From positions 620,001 through 684,000 of the forward strand of contig CAKKNE010000003.1 in the NCBI GenBank assembly GCA_918797485.1: a stretch of DNA of 64,000 nucleotides, read 5' to 3'. A model generated the notes under the pieces. The model did no database searches and was not told the DNA's origin. It saw only the letters and a list, made by a program, of their open reading frames with translations. A program made the position numbers and the translations under genes. The DNA comes from Pelagomonas calceolata (Eukaryota). This document shows, one piece after another, positions 23,259 to 34,403 of this stretch (positions are counted from its first letter, which is position 1; each line of letters opens with the position of its first letter).

Positions 23259-23774
23259 ATGCACCGCCCGCTCACAATACTAGCAATACTGACCGCGACC
23301 ACGAGCTCCATGGCGCCGCGGCGCACCGCCAAGCCACCACCAGTGCTCCCACCGTACGCAAGAGGCTTCAATTTCGCGCCACCGCTCTCATTAGAAAAGT
23401 GGGACACGATGCAGTCGAAAAGGGTCAGGGTGCAGATTCTGTACACCGTTGGCGACGAGAAGGACCAGACGAACCACGAGCGGACCTTTCTAAGGACGAA
23501 GCGCGTCATCCAGGACCGGTACCCGGACTGTTTCATCGAGGGCGTCGTCTTGACCAATCAAGATGATGCGTTCAAGATCTTGGTGGACGCGAAGGGCGTC
23601 TACTCCAAGCCGCGCGAGCGCGAGGGCGTCTACCTGTCGACGAAGGTGCTGGATCGGGAGATCGCGCGCGCTCGCAAAGCAAGACGGCCGACGACGACCG
23701 TGTATGGAGGCGCCGACGACCTCGAGAACTTCTCGAACGGCCGGGCCGCGGCGGACGTGCCGAAGTACGACTGA
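23259..23774 (+). CDS. Signal-peptide protein with a SelW/Rdx-like fold but no CxxC/U motif
   Basis: Hydrophobic N-terminus MHRPLTILAILTA; VRVQILY...IQDRYPD..IEG....AFKILVDAKGVYSK resembles the Rdx family. Confidence 0.55.
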   Translation: MHRPLTILAILTATTSSMAPRRTAKPPPVLPPYARGFNFAPPLSLEKWDTMQSKRVRVQILYTVGDEKDQTNHERTFLRTKRVIQDRYPDCFIEGVVLTNQDDAFKILVDAKGVYSKPREREGVYLSTKVLDREIARARKARRPTTTVYGGADDLENFSNGRAAADVPKYD

Positions 23775-23852
23775 GCATTGCGCTGATGGCGTCTGGGGCG
23801 GCTCGTACGCCGTTTTTGTGAGTTAATGTACATATATAACAAATCACGTGTC

Positions 23853-26473
23853 TTACTTGGAGAGGAGCAAGCGCAGCGCGCGCGTCGAGTAGGTCCCGTC
23901 GATGATCTGGATCTGGTTCGACCGGACCTTGTCGTGGAGCTCGCAGATCGCGTCCTCGATGGTCTGCTTGTAGACCTGCGTGGACGTCGCGTCGATGGCG
24001 TAGCGGGCGCGACTCTCGGCGTGCGTCGTCGTGTGAGCACCATCGAGCCGACGTCGCGTCGACGGGCGTGGCGGTGGACGAGAAGATTTGACGCGACGCG
24101 GGTCCGTACGAAGCGGACGATGTGCACGTCCTTGAGCTGGCCCAGGCGGTGCACACGGCCGGCGGCTTGGATCTCGTGGGACGGGTCCAGGCAGGGCTCG
24201 AACAGGTAGAGCCGCGTCGCCGCGGTGAGCGTGACGCCGCACGCGCCGGCCTTGAGCGTCAAAACAAACACCTTGGCCTTCGGCTCGAATTTCTGGAATT
24301 CCCTAATACAGCGGTGGCGCTTCGTGATGGACGTGCTCCCGTCCAGGCCCGTCACCTCCCAGTCGTTCTCGGCCTCGAGCATCGCCACGATCTTGGCGTG
24401 CGCGCCCGAGTGCTCCGTAAACACGATGCAGTGCGCGTGCGGCTCGCGCTGGCGGACCGACCGCAGGTCGTCGCGGAGCGCGTCGAGCTTCGCGGTCGTC
24501 GCGCAGTGGATCTGATTAGTGAACGGCGTCGGCATCCAGGCGAACCTCGCCTTCGGCTTGTCGTCCACGTGCGCGTCGGCGCACGCCCTTCTAACTTTTG
24601 CCAAGTCCATGTCGAGCTGCAATTGCTTGACCATGCCGACGCGGCGGCGGACCTTGTCCGCGCAACTCGCGCGGAGCTGCTCGTAGCCCGCGCGTGCCGC
24701 CTGAGGAAGGTCGATGCGCACGGTGCGCGCGTCCAGCTTCGGGAGCGATAGGGCGCGCCCGCCGTTAATAACCTGGTCCTTCGTGTGGCGGATCATGAGC
24801 GCGCGGAGCGCGTCCGCGGCCGCGGCGAAGATCTTAGGCCGCTGCGTCCGGCCGTCGAAGGTCGCCAGCTTGCCGCTCCAGCACCCGAGCGCTTGGGCGC
24901 CGGTCTTCATCTGGCTAAGGCCCGTCGTGAAGGGCGTACCGGTCACGAGCCAACAAGAATCGAAGCGCGGCGTGAACGTGCGGCGCGAGTAAGTGTTGCC
25001 GGACGGCGGGGGGTCGACGAGAGCGCTCTCCCTCAGGAATCGCTCGGTCGCGCCGCGCGTCGCGTGAGCCTCGTCGACGATCAATCTATGAAAGCGCAGC
25101 TCCCGGTGGACAAGCAACGAGTCGCCGCTGAGCCGCGTGTTCGGCGAACAGATGATTACGTCGTAGTCACGGAGGCTCGCGTCGAGCTTGCCCCTGTTGA
25201 GGTTGTTGCGGTCCTTGCTCGAGCCGTGGTTCACCAGAATTCGGAGTTCCGGCGCCCACCGGCGGATCTCGTCCTGCCACTGGCCGATCAAAGTGACCGG
25301 GCACGAGATGACGGTCGCCTTGAGCGTGAGCGTCCTGGCGCCGTCCGGCAACTTGGGCGCCGCCCTGAAGCCCACGCGCTCCGGGTTCAGGACTTCGCGC
25401 TCCGTGCAGAGCGCTGAGATCTTCGGATTCGAGTCCCGCATCTTCTTCCACCAGACGTCGTACGGGACCTCCTTGCCCTTATAGAGGTGCTGGTGGAGGG
25501 TCTCCGGCGGGCCTTCTACCGTCGCGGCGTAGGGGTGCCGCCGCTGCAGCGCCCGCCACTGGGCGTCCGTCGGAAGCTCGTTCGCCGCGCGGGGCCGGCT
25601 CAATATCAGCGAGATCACGGACAGCGTCTTGCCCATCCCAACTTCATCACATAACCAGCCGCCGCGCAGCGTCCGGGCACCGCCCCACCTCGTGCTTCGG
25701 AAGACGCGCGAGTCGCTGTCCGGCGCGTTCTCGATGTCGAGCATAAATGCAAGTGATTGCCGCTGGTAGGGCCGCAAGACGGTGCCCGTCCTGAGCCCGT
25801 GCGGCGCCGGCGCTTCGACGGGCCACACCTGCGTCACGGCGCGCAGCAAAGCGCCCATGCTCGTCGCGGCGTCGGGCTGGTGGAGCTCCCTCGTGATCGT
25901 GAAGCGGGCCGGCTGGGCGACGGCCCCCGCCGTCGCCGTCGGCGTCGGCGTCGGCGCGGGCGCGCCGCCCGCCTGTTGCAGCAGCGCCGCGGCACGCGCT
26001 TGTTTGCGGAGGCTTTGCGTCGACGGGTCGGCATACTTCAGGCGGCAGTGCTGCGGCCACGCCGCACACCGCGAGGCCGGCACGTCGCAGACGACGCAGA
26101 AGCAGTTCGCGCAATGCTTCGTCGGATCCGTCGCGAACAGGTGCACGACGCAGTTCTCGCGGCAGTGCGGGAAGTGCTGGAGCGCGTTCTGGCCCTTGGA
26201 ACCCGTGATCGCGACGTCCTCGCCGTCGTCGTCCTCATCGTCCGCCTCGGGCTCGGGCAGCGGCGCGGGCGGCGCGAACGGATTCTCGTCGAGAAATTCC
26301 ACGTCGTCGTCGTCGTCGTCGGCCGGCTCGATGCGCGGCTTCTTGTCTACGTGCGCCGCAGCCTCCGCCGGGCCGCTGGGCCCGATCGTCTGCTGCTTGA
26401 CGCGGCGCTTCGGCGCCGGCGCGGCGGGCGCCTCGTCGTCGCTGCTGATGGTGCAATCGATGATCTCGGCCAT
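23853..26473 (-). CDS. SNF2-family helicase/ATPase (RAD5/RAD16-like) with an N-terminal Cys/His-rich domain; one intron (23976-24109)
   Basis: Motifs LRPYQRQSL, GGWLCDEVGMGKT, IVDEAH, LVTGTP, AGACGVTLT and QAAGRVHRLGQ. Splicing gives HIVRF|VYKQTIED...LSK*. Confidence 0.9.
23976..24109 (-). other. GT-AG intron carrying the ACGCCATCGACGCG motif
   Basis: GTACGG...CGCAG; removal restores the SNF2 C-terminal motif VRFVYKQTIE. Confidence 0.85.
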
Positions 26474-26667
26474 TTTTCGTAGGGAGCAACGACAGTTCGG
26501 CAAGGGTCAGCGCGGCGATATCAAAATAGCACAGCTGCGAGCCTCTTTCGTGCGGAATCGATCAAAGGGCAGCGCAACACACTGCGAACAGCGTGTATTT
26601 AGGCGGCAGCTGCTACTTTGGCGCAACTGCGGCCTCGTACGTCGCGCCGCGCTTGCTTTTCAATAAT

Positions 26668-26691
26668 GCTAGCGGCATGTAAGACACTAGC
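26668..26691 (+). promoter_or_regulatory. Conserved intergenic motif, copy 4
   Basis: GCTAGCGGCATGTAAGACACTAGC, about 195 bp upstream of the SNF2 ATG. Confidence 0.7.
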
Positions 26692-26718
26692 CGACAGGAA
26701 AAAAGCGGCTACACATAA

Positions 26719-29700
26719 CTAGAACTTAGACCCAAGCTTCCGCGCCGCGAGCGCCCCGACCGTACCACTAGCACCGCCCTCGCCCATGCGCTTCCGGCCG
26801 CGCTGCGCCTCGTCGTCGTTGCCGCTCCAGGCGCCCTTCGTGAACATTCGCATGCCCTTGGCGAAACCGCCACCAGATACAGAGGACATGCTTCGCGACG
26901 CTTCGATTCTCCGCTCCTGCTCCGGATCAATTTCTTTAACCTTCGTCATCCGCGCCCACCGCTCCTCCGTCTGCTGGCGCTGGAGTCGCTCCGCCAGGAC
27001 CTGGTTGCCCGTGATGCGACCATGTTTCCAGTTCATGTAGTCGTCGCGCTGCGCTTTGATGGCAGCTTCGCGCTTCGCCCTCGTCGCTCGTTCTTCCCGA
27101 GCCGCCATGTTGGCGTTGAATAGGTCTCTTCTTTTTTGGTCCAGCTCCATGTTCGCCGCGTACCGTTCTCGTTCCTGGTCCATCTTGACACTGTGGATCT
27201 CCTTGAGCGTCTCCTCCGGGGCGTTATTGGCCTCCGCTGCTTCCAAAACCGTCCTCCCGTTGCAATCTCTTACTAAGATATTGGCGCCGTGCCTTAGGAG
27301 CATTCTACAGATAGATCGTTTCGTAGTATAATGTAAAGGTGTGGCCCCAAATTTGTTCTGGATCGTCGCGTCCGCGCCTGTGTGTGGAGGATGAGACGCG
27401 GCGTGGAGACGATGGCGTGGAGACGCGGCGATGGCGTGGAGGTGGCCTAAACGGACGCGGTTCTACGGACCGGCCTGGCACAACAGGAAACACGCCTTCC
27501 TATGACCTTGTTGTGCGGCCAAATGCAGCGGCGTGTCCCTCCCCAATAACGAGCGCGGGTTGCACGGCGCCCCAAAGTCGTGCAACAAGACATCCAAGCA
27601 CTCGAGCTGATTGTTCAGCGCGGCGACATGGAGCAATCCGCGGCCTCTTGAAGACCCGCGCTCGTTCAGGGCCTGCCGGAGTCTCCCTTCGCGCTCCGCC
27701 TTCTCCAAGTAATTTCGGACCTGGTCCGCGAGGCCCGCGGCGCACTCGCGGTAGATGCCTGCGTGATATAGCGTCGTCGCCGGCGCGGCGCCGCGGCGAT
27801 GGCGTCACCGCGTGCGTATACTCTCGCAATCCCACGCCATCGAGCAGACGCAGCCACAGGGACGAGTCGCAAAAAAAAAAGACGCCGCTCCAAACCGTCG
27901 TCGGCCTCACTTTCCTTCAGAATCTCAGGTAGCGTCTCCTTCCGCTTCTCAACCAATTCCTCGAGATACACCCGAGCCCTCTCGGCAGCCGCCGCCGCCA
28001 TGCGCGCGTCGCGCGCCAATGCCTCGGCGATCCTCATCCTCCTATCTCGATCCTCGGCCAGCTGCATCAAATATTGTTGCGCGTTCTTCGCGGCTTGCGC
28101 GGCTGCCAATCGATCTTTGGAGTGGGGGTCGAAGAAGCGATCTAGCTCCTCGTTGTACCGCAGCATAAACCGCACCTCGACCGCACCACCCGCAAACTCC
28201 TCCGCGTACCCTTCGTCCTGCAACGAGACCCACTCCGTGTGCACCCTGCGGTCCAATCCCAGTCGTAGCGGTAGGTCACCCCGTCCAAGGGACATGCCTC
28301 GCGAACGGACCCCGAGCTGAACCACTGGAGGGTGCTTCCGCAGAAAGGGGTCCTCCAATCCCAGAAAGAAGGCCTCCTTCCAGGCCGGCTCGCTACCGGC
28401 TCTTGCTTTCGTCTCGACCTCGTGTTCTATGTCTTCCCCATCGGCGGTTGGTACCGCTAGTAACACAGAAGCGTTACTTTCACCGTCGGGCGCGTGTAAA
28501 CCTCTCGCGCGCACGACAGCTATACACAGCTCGTTCGGGTACTGCTTCGTGTTCTCACTCTTTGAGAGCGAGAAGGGCTCGTAATGCAACACGGGATTAT
28601 GGGACCAGTGGAGCGCGACGAAAACACCGCACCGCCACTTATCTAGGTGGTTCTCGGCTTCGGAGTTCGGAGGCGCCCGCAACGCCACCCAGCCTTGGAA
28701 GGTTCGTCTGGGTCTAGAATCACAGAGATTCGCCAATGGCACGGCGCCCCGCCCCAAAACATCATTATCTCGTAACACGACTTCAATTTCATAGTCTTGC
28801 AGCGTCTCCCAGTTGTTCTGCGGGTTCTCGCCGTCGTACTCGGTCGGTGCAGATAACTCAACGGTCTTGACGGCGCGCCATAAGGGAGCGCCCGTTCTTT
28901 GTCGCGACCCGATCCGGAGCGGTTCGCCGCCAGGAATGATGAGCTCTATCGATACATCTGTTGCTGGTGCCAAGCGGTCGTAGGACTTTGGTGGGGGCGG
29001 TGGTACTCCTCTAGCGCGAAAAACAGCGACGGATAATTGATTGGGAGGAAACGGCCCCAGATCTCTATCCCCAGACACGTCAAACGGTACAAACACATGT
29101 GAGGCATCATACACGCACTGGGCCTCCATGAGGCACCTCCCAACAATATTGTCAGACTCATCCAACAGGGGCACCCAGGCCCGGCCGACTTGCCCCGGCT
29201 CTCGAGCTAATGCACCTAAAGGCATCAGGGCCCGCCCTATGAACGCATCATCACCATCCACGCCGTCCCGCGCGTAGCAAGAAGCCACCACGACCGTATT
29301 CGCATGATCCTCGGCCTCCGCGACTGTCGCACCGTCAATTTCAAACGCGAACGCTTCGTTGTAAATGGGATTCAATTCAGCAAATTTCGTGCGCGTGCGT
29401 TGCACGAAGCCGTCGCCTGGCTCGACACTTACAGACACGTAGGGGTTCGCTTGCGGGACCGTGCGTTGCAGCTGGCGCCACGCCGCTGAAATTTTGGGTC
29501 GTAAGTTTTCGCATCTCAACACGGCCACTCGCACCTCGTTTGGCGTTTGAAGCATCTCTTCATCAATGGCTTCCTCGGAGAAGAAGGCCGACTCCCCGAC
29601 TTTGATGAACGACGGCTCATGTACCAATCTACAAGCGAGTAGGATCTCGCCCCGGTCGTCGTCGTCGATGTCGTCGGGCCCCGGCCCCAGCGCGTACCAC

Positions 29701-30653
29701 TTTGCTACTGAAGAACCGTCCTCCTCGAGTTGCTTCGGTAGTCTGTCTAGTCTAAAGGCCGTTTGACCCATCAATCTACGTTTCGTGATGCGGTCCTCAT
29801 CGTAATCCAAGACTCTCACTCTAAGAGCTAGCGTACGCACATCGATACTCTCAGGTAATGGTGCATTGAGAGATTGGCACCAGACGGGATCCAGGTCATC
29901 TTCTATTGTTGTTGTCTCGACCTCGTCACATAGCTGGCCAGGAGCGATCACATCAACGACCACCAGAGGATTCGACTGCTTGCGACCGATCGTACCGTCG
30001 TCGACGGCCCGCAGATCTTTCGCGCGAATCACCGCCACTTTCAAACAGTTCGGTGCGCCCTCCGTTAAATCTACCACATCGTCCGCAATCACATCAGGGA
30101 ACCACCGCGATTCAGCAGCGTCTTTGATGGCTAGTTGTTTTTCATCGATGTCGGAAGAAGGTAGCAAGTCGACCTTGAGCTCGACCTCGCCGGCCGGTTC
30201 CCTATCCCTACTTTTGATGGGATACCATTGAGCCGCTACACTACCGTGCGCGCCGCCCAATCTCTGCAGCGCTTCGAGCGAGACGTCGACCTCGCCGAGC
30301 AGTCGAGGTCTGTGGATCGGGCCGTTGTAGTCCATGACTTGGATACGGACGTAGGGTAGAGCTGGCCCCACATCATCAAAATGGAATCGTTCATCGTTCC
30401 ATTCCGGTTCCAGAGTGCCCTTGACTACTGATGTTTTCACACATCTATCGAAGGGGAAGGGCAACGGGTTTCGTTCGGCCACGTCCACCAATCGCAAAGC
30501 CACGAACGGGTCGGCGACGTCCTCGTCGGCGGGTAGATTTCTTGCGCCTAGCACTTCGACGGTGACGCGGCCCTTGCGCCAGGCCTCTTCGCGCCACTCC
30601 TTCTTGCGCGTGGCCTTGCGCGTCGGGCTGGGGCTGCGGCTGCCGTCGGACAT
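26719..30653 (-). CDS. Multi-C2-domain protein (about 5 C2 domains) with C-terminal ankyrin repeats and coiled coil; introns at 27759-27895 and 27378-27470
   Basis: Repeated C2 starts (VEVLGARNL..DPFV, VAVIRAKDL, VAVLRCENL, VAVFRARGV, IAVVRARGL). Splicing joins to LLHVAALNNQ, TPLHLAAQQGH and GADATIQNKFGATPLHY...LLRHGA. Confidence 0.85.
27378..27470 (-). other. GT-AG intron with repeated CTCCACGCC(ATCG) units
   Basis: GTCCGT...ACACAG; removal restores the ankyrin motif CQAG-ADATIQN. Confidence 0.85.
27759..27895 (-). other. GT-AG intron with inverted CGATGGCGT / ACGCCATCG motifs
   Basis: GTTTGG...CGCAG; removal joins ADDG to IYRECAAG in the ankyrin frame. Confidence 0.75.
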
Positions 30654-30860
30654 CGTCGCGGCTGCCCTGCGGCTGTCTCTGCTTGGAGTCGTCGAGGGCA
30701 CGATCGGCTGGGCAGCAGCGGTGCGGCTCTTGGAGTCGTCTCGGGCGGGGGCACTATCGGCTAGGTATCGGTGCGGCGGGGGGCGCCATCATCATCCAAA
30801 GCCTGCCCCTGGCGCTGGCTGCCCCAGCACGGTTTGGCTCTGGCACTGGCTGCCCGTGCT

Positions 30861-32561
30861 ATGGCTGCCCCCGCCCCTCTGGGCGACGTAACAGCGTCTC
30901 GCGACGCCGCCACGAACGCCATGGCTTCGGAGACGACGGAGGCCGCAGCGGCCGCGGTGCTCAAACCACAACCGTCTACTGAGGACGCGGTGCGCGCCGC
31001 CGCGGCCGCGCCGGCGCCGAGCCTGCCGGCCGCCGCGCCGCCCGAGGCGACGCCGGACTGGTGGCCGCCCGTAGATCATGCGGCGCCCGCGCCGGCACCC
31101 GCGGTACCGGACCCGTTCACGACGGTCTGTATGCAGCCGGCCTTCGACGCGGACGGCGTCGAGTGCGACACGGCGGCATGTGAGGATCTGGACATCACTG
31201 CCACATTGCTGGGACCGTGGAATGGGCGCCTGCCGACGAAAGAGGACGGCGTCCACCAATTCGGCTGTTCGTACGATGGGGCTTTATTAGATGCCTGGGT
31301 CAAGCAGCCGTCGCCGTGCTGCGCCGCTGCTGCCGTGGCGGGCGCGATCAATGGCTTGAGCGGGCTGCATCGGCACGACGACAACGCGTTGGGCCCGCTC
31401 GACGTGCTCGCGGCGATGCGCGGCGTGCTGAGGGATTTGGTGGAATCCAAGATTGCGTCCTTCGAACGGAAGCTCGGGGCCGATTTAGCACCGGTGCTCG
31501 ACGCGGTCGCTAGTCGTGTATCAAGCGACGGGCGGAAGTTCGGCATTTCACTAAAAAAAGACAAGGAGACGGGTGTGGACGGCAAGTACCTCCTCGCTTG
31601 TGTTCGATTGGAGGTCGAGGCGCGTGCCGAGGCGTGTCGGAGGGCAGTTCAGAGACAGCGGGCTCTGGAGCTCGGTGAAGAAGTAAGCGAGGAGGAGGAA
31701 GAAGCACCTGCATTAGCCTTCTGTAGGTTATGGGAGCTGTACGAAGAATTGAACGAGAAGAAGCGCAAGCTGGCCGAAGAAGCCGGTGAAGATGATGAGT
31801 CCTCCGACGAGTCTGACGAAGACGAGGAGCCCGACGAGGATCTCCCAAAGAAGACGAAGCCCGCGCGGCCGAGGCAACGCATCGCGGCGGCGCGCAAGGC
31901 GGCCAAGCCCTGGAACTGGAAGAATGAATTGGGCGAGATCCTGCGCAAGGCCGACGGCGTCGCCAAGACCTGCGCGTCCAGGCCGTCGACGGCCCCCTTT
32001 GGAAATTGGGGCCTCATCAAGGGCGCCCAGCGGTTGCGGGAGGATGCGCGACGCGCCGCGCGGGAGGCTGAGGTTCAGGCGCTAATCGAGGATGCTGACG
32101 ACGCGACGGCGCCCGTCTCCTCGAACGAAGACGAGCGGCAGCTGCCCACGCGGACTTCTCTAGGATTCCTCGGCCTTCCCCAAGACACGTTGTTCGGCTG
32201 CCCGAAGGCGCCACCCACCCATGTCGTCATCAGTTTACTCGCGGGCGGCGGCCGGGCGAAGATCCCCATCCCCCTCAAAAGAGATGATAGTGACGAGGTT
32301 ATCGAGAGGCAGTGGGGCAAGCTCTCGGCGGCCTTCAACCGGCCCGACGCTTCATTGATCTTCCACCTCAAGAACCACTACGCGCTCATCTACGCGCTGC
32401 GCGAGTGGACGTCTGATGGAAAGCGCGTCCGCCAGCTGCTCTGCGCGCGGAAAGGGCAACGCCCCTCGGCGTGGGTCGACTGGTTGGAAGCGCGGGAGAC
32501 GATCTTGGGATGGGCGGGGTACAAGCTCATGGTCGCGGAGCGGTGTTCGCTTTTCTCGTAG
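30861..32561 (+). CDS. Hypothetical protein, possibly papain-like/BIVM-like
   Basis: Long ORF; VKQPSPCCAAAAVAGAIN and LIFHLKNHYALI suggest a Gln/Cys...His arrangement. Confidence 0.6.
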   Translation: MAAPAPLGDVTASRDAATNAMASETTEAAAAAVLKPQPSTEDAVRAAAAAPAPSLPAAAPPEATPDWWPPVDHAAPAPAPAVPDPFTTVCMQPAFDADGVECDTAACEDLDITATLLGPWNGRLPTKEDGVHQFGCSYDGALLDAWVKQPSPCCAAAAVAGAINGLSGLHRHDDNALGPLDVLAAMRGVLRDLVESKIASFERKLGADLAPVLDAVASRVSSDGRKFGISLKKDKETGVDGKYLLACVRLEVEARAEACRRAVQRQRALELGEEVSEEEEEAPALAFCRLWELYEELNEKKRKLAEEAGEDDESSDESDEDEEPDEDLPKKTKPARPRQRIAAARKAAKPWNWKNELGEILRKADGVAKTCASRPSTAPFGNWGLIKGAQRLREDARRAAREAEVQALIEDADDATAPVSSNEDERQLPTRTSLGFLGLPQDTLFGCPKAPPTHVVISLLAGGGRAKIPIPLKRDDSDEVIERQWGKLSAAFNRPDASLIFHLKNHYALIYALREWTSDGKRVRQLLCARKGQRPSAWVDWLEARETILGWAGYKLMVAERCSLFS

Positions 32562-32673
32562 GCCTTGGCGTGTAAGTTGCATGACTCCACCGCGTCCGGC
32601 GTTCCTTTTCGAGACGGGTTCTGCGTGATTTCTAATCATGTTACGGTGCTAGCACGGGTCCTGTGAAAAACTT

Positions 32674-32696
32674 GCTAGTGTCTTACAGACGCTAGC
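32674..32696 (-). promoter_or_regulatory. Conserved intergenic motif, copy 5
   Basis: GCTAGTGTCTTACAGACGCTAGC, about 285 bp upstream of the DnaJ ATG. Confidence 0.7.
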
Positions 32697-32979
32697 TGTC
32701 GGGTGGGTCGTCGAGTTTCATCGTCCTGGTGCGGTCCTCGGAGGCATCTGGCCGCTGGCAAGCTACGCAGTGCTCAAGTCGCAGCGCCTGCGCGCTGCGA
32801 GGCGCTCGGCTCGGCCGAAAGTGATCCGTTGCACGGCGTACATTGCTGTGGTCACAAGGCCCATATCCGGACAAACGCGGCCCAGACAGGGCCATCCGTG
32901 CCCAGGAACGCGCCGCGAGCCACCCGTGCCCAGGCGGAGCCACACGTGCGAAACCTATCGACGGAAACAGTAGTCCACG

Positions 32980-34377
32980 ATGTCGCGCGCGGAGAAAGAG
33001 GAAGGGCAATACATGATCCGTACGATCGAGCGCGCCAAGACGCACTACGACGTGTTCCAGCTCCCTGATGACGCGGACGCCAAGACCATTCGGACGACGA
33101 TGCGAGATATGCTGCGCAAGATTCATCCGGACAAGTGCGGCAACGCCGGCCTGGAGGCGACGAAGCGCGTCAACGAGGCCTACGACGTGCTCAAGGACCC
33201 GGACTCGAGAGCTGCCTATGACCTCGAGCTCCGCGAGCAGCGCGAGCAGCGCGAGCCGCCCAAGAAGCCGAAGGCCAAGCCAAAAGCGAAGCCGGCCGCG
33301 AAACCTAAAGCGGCGCCGAAGCCCCGCGCGCCGCCCAAGGCCCGCTCGGCGTCGCCGAAGCGCGCCGCGCCGGAGGACGACGACGAGCCCGCGCCGAAGC
33401 CCAAGCGTGGCCGCAAGGCCGAGGCCGAGGCGCCGTCGCCGGCGCCCGCCGCCGCGCCCGCCGCCGCGCCGCGACCCTACATGGGTAGCTGTACGTGCAA
33501 GGTCCTCACGCAGAGCAACTGGCCGTTGTCTTGCAAAGCGCGGCTCGCCCAGCATTGCAACGCGGGCGACGTCGGGCCGCACGAGTGTTCCTGCGTCGAC
33601 GCGCGGCAGACCTGGGACGGCACGGTGGCGTGCCGCGGCGACGACCACCTCTGCGTTTGCAACACCCACGCGGAAAGCATGGGCGCGGCTTTTTCTAGTA
33701 TCGGCGCCTGCCGCGCGGCGACTCACGAGTGCTCGTGCGCCGGCATGGGTCCGTTGAGTTGCCGCGCGACGGACGCCGCCCACGTTTGCACGTGCGAAGC
33801 GTCGCCGCACAATTGCAAGGCTCAGGCGCGAAAGCACAAGTGCCGTTGCGTCGAGACGAAGAATCCGGGCATTTGTAGGGCGACGCGGCACGCGTGCTCA
33901 TGTAAGGAGACCGGCAAGCCCGCCTCGTGCCTCGCGGCGACGCACGACTGCACGTGTCCAAACCACGCCGGGGGCTGGGGACGCGGGACCGCAAATTGCC
34001 GGGCCGACGACCACGAGTGCACCTGCCTTGCCGGCGGCGTGAAGACGTGCCGCGGCGGCGACGACGTCGTGCATGCGTGCACGTGCGAGGCGCTTGTCAA
34101 AGGCGCCTGGCTGGACTCGAGAAGCCACACCGCTCCCTGCAAAGCCCCCGATGCCGCGCACGTCTGCGTCTGCGGCCCTCAGGCGCACCCGTATTACGAG
34201 TACTGCCGCTCCGTCCGCGGTGCCGTGCCCCGGCTCGCGCAGGCGCCACCGCCGCGAGCGCCGCCGCCGCCGCGGGCGACGCGCGCGCCACGGGCGCCGC
34301 GCCGAGGCCGCGGCAGCCGCCCTAGCGACCCCCAGTATGTCCCAGACAGCGACGAGGACTACGACGACGACGAATGA
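32980..34377 (+). CDS. DnaJ-domain protein with 10 C-x(4-7)-H-x-C-x-C repeats
   Basis: HYDVFQL...IHPDK...VNEAYDVLKDPDSRAAYD, followed by repeats such as CRAATHECSC. Confidence 0.9.
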   Translation: MSRAEKEEGQYMIRTIERAKTHYDVFQLPDDADAKTIRTTMRDMLRKIHPDKCGNAGLEATKRVNEAYDVLKDPDSRAAYDLELREQREQREPPKKPKAKPKAKPAAKPKAAPKPRAPPKARSASPKRAAPEDDDEPAPKPKRGRKAEAEAPSPAPAAAPAAAPRPYMGSCTCKVLTQSNWPLSCKARLAQHCNAGDVGPHECSCVDARQTWDGTVACRGDDHLCVCNTHAESMGAAFSSIGACRAATHECSCAGMGPLSCRATDAAHVCTCEASPHNCKAQARKHKCRCVETKNPGICRATRHACSCKETGKPASCLAATHDCTCPNHAGGWGRGTANCRADDHECTCLAGGVKTCRGGDDVVHACTCEALVKGAWLDSRSHTAPCKAPDAAHVCVCGPQAHPYYEYCRSVRGAVPRLAQAPPPRAPPPPRATRAPRAPRRGRGSRPSDPQYVPDSDEDYDDDE

Positions 34378-34403
34378 ACGTATATAACAAATAACACGTT
34401 ACT

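Noticed and set aside
23630..23975. ORF-track extension of SNF2 overlapping the opposite-strand gene
   Set aside because: This is read-through of an intron; the spliced gene ends at 23853
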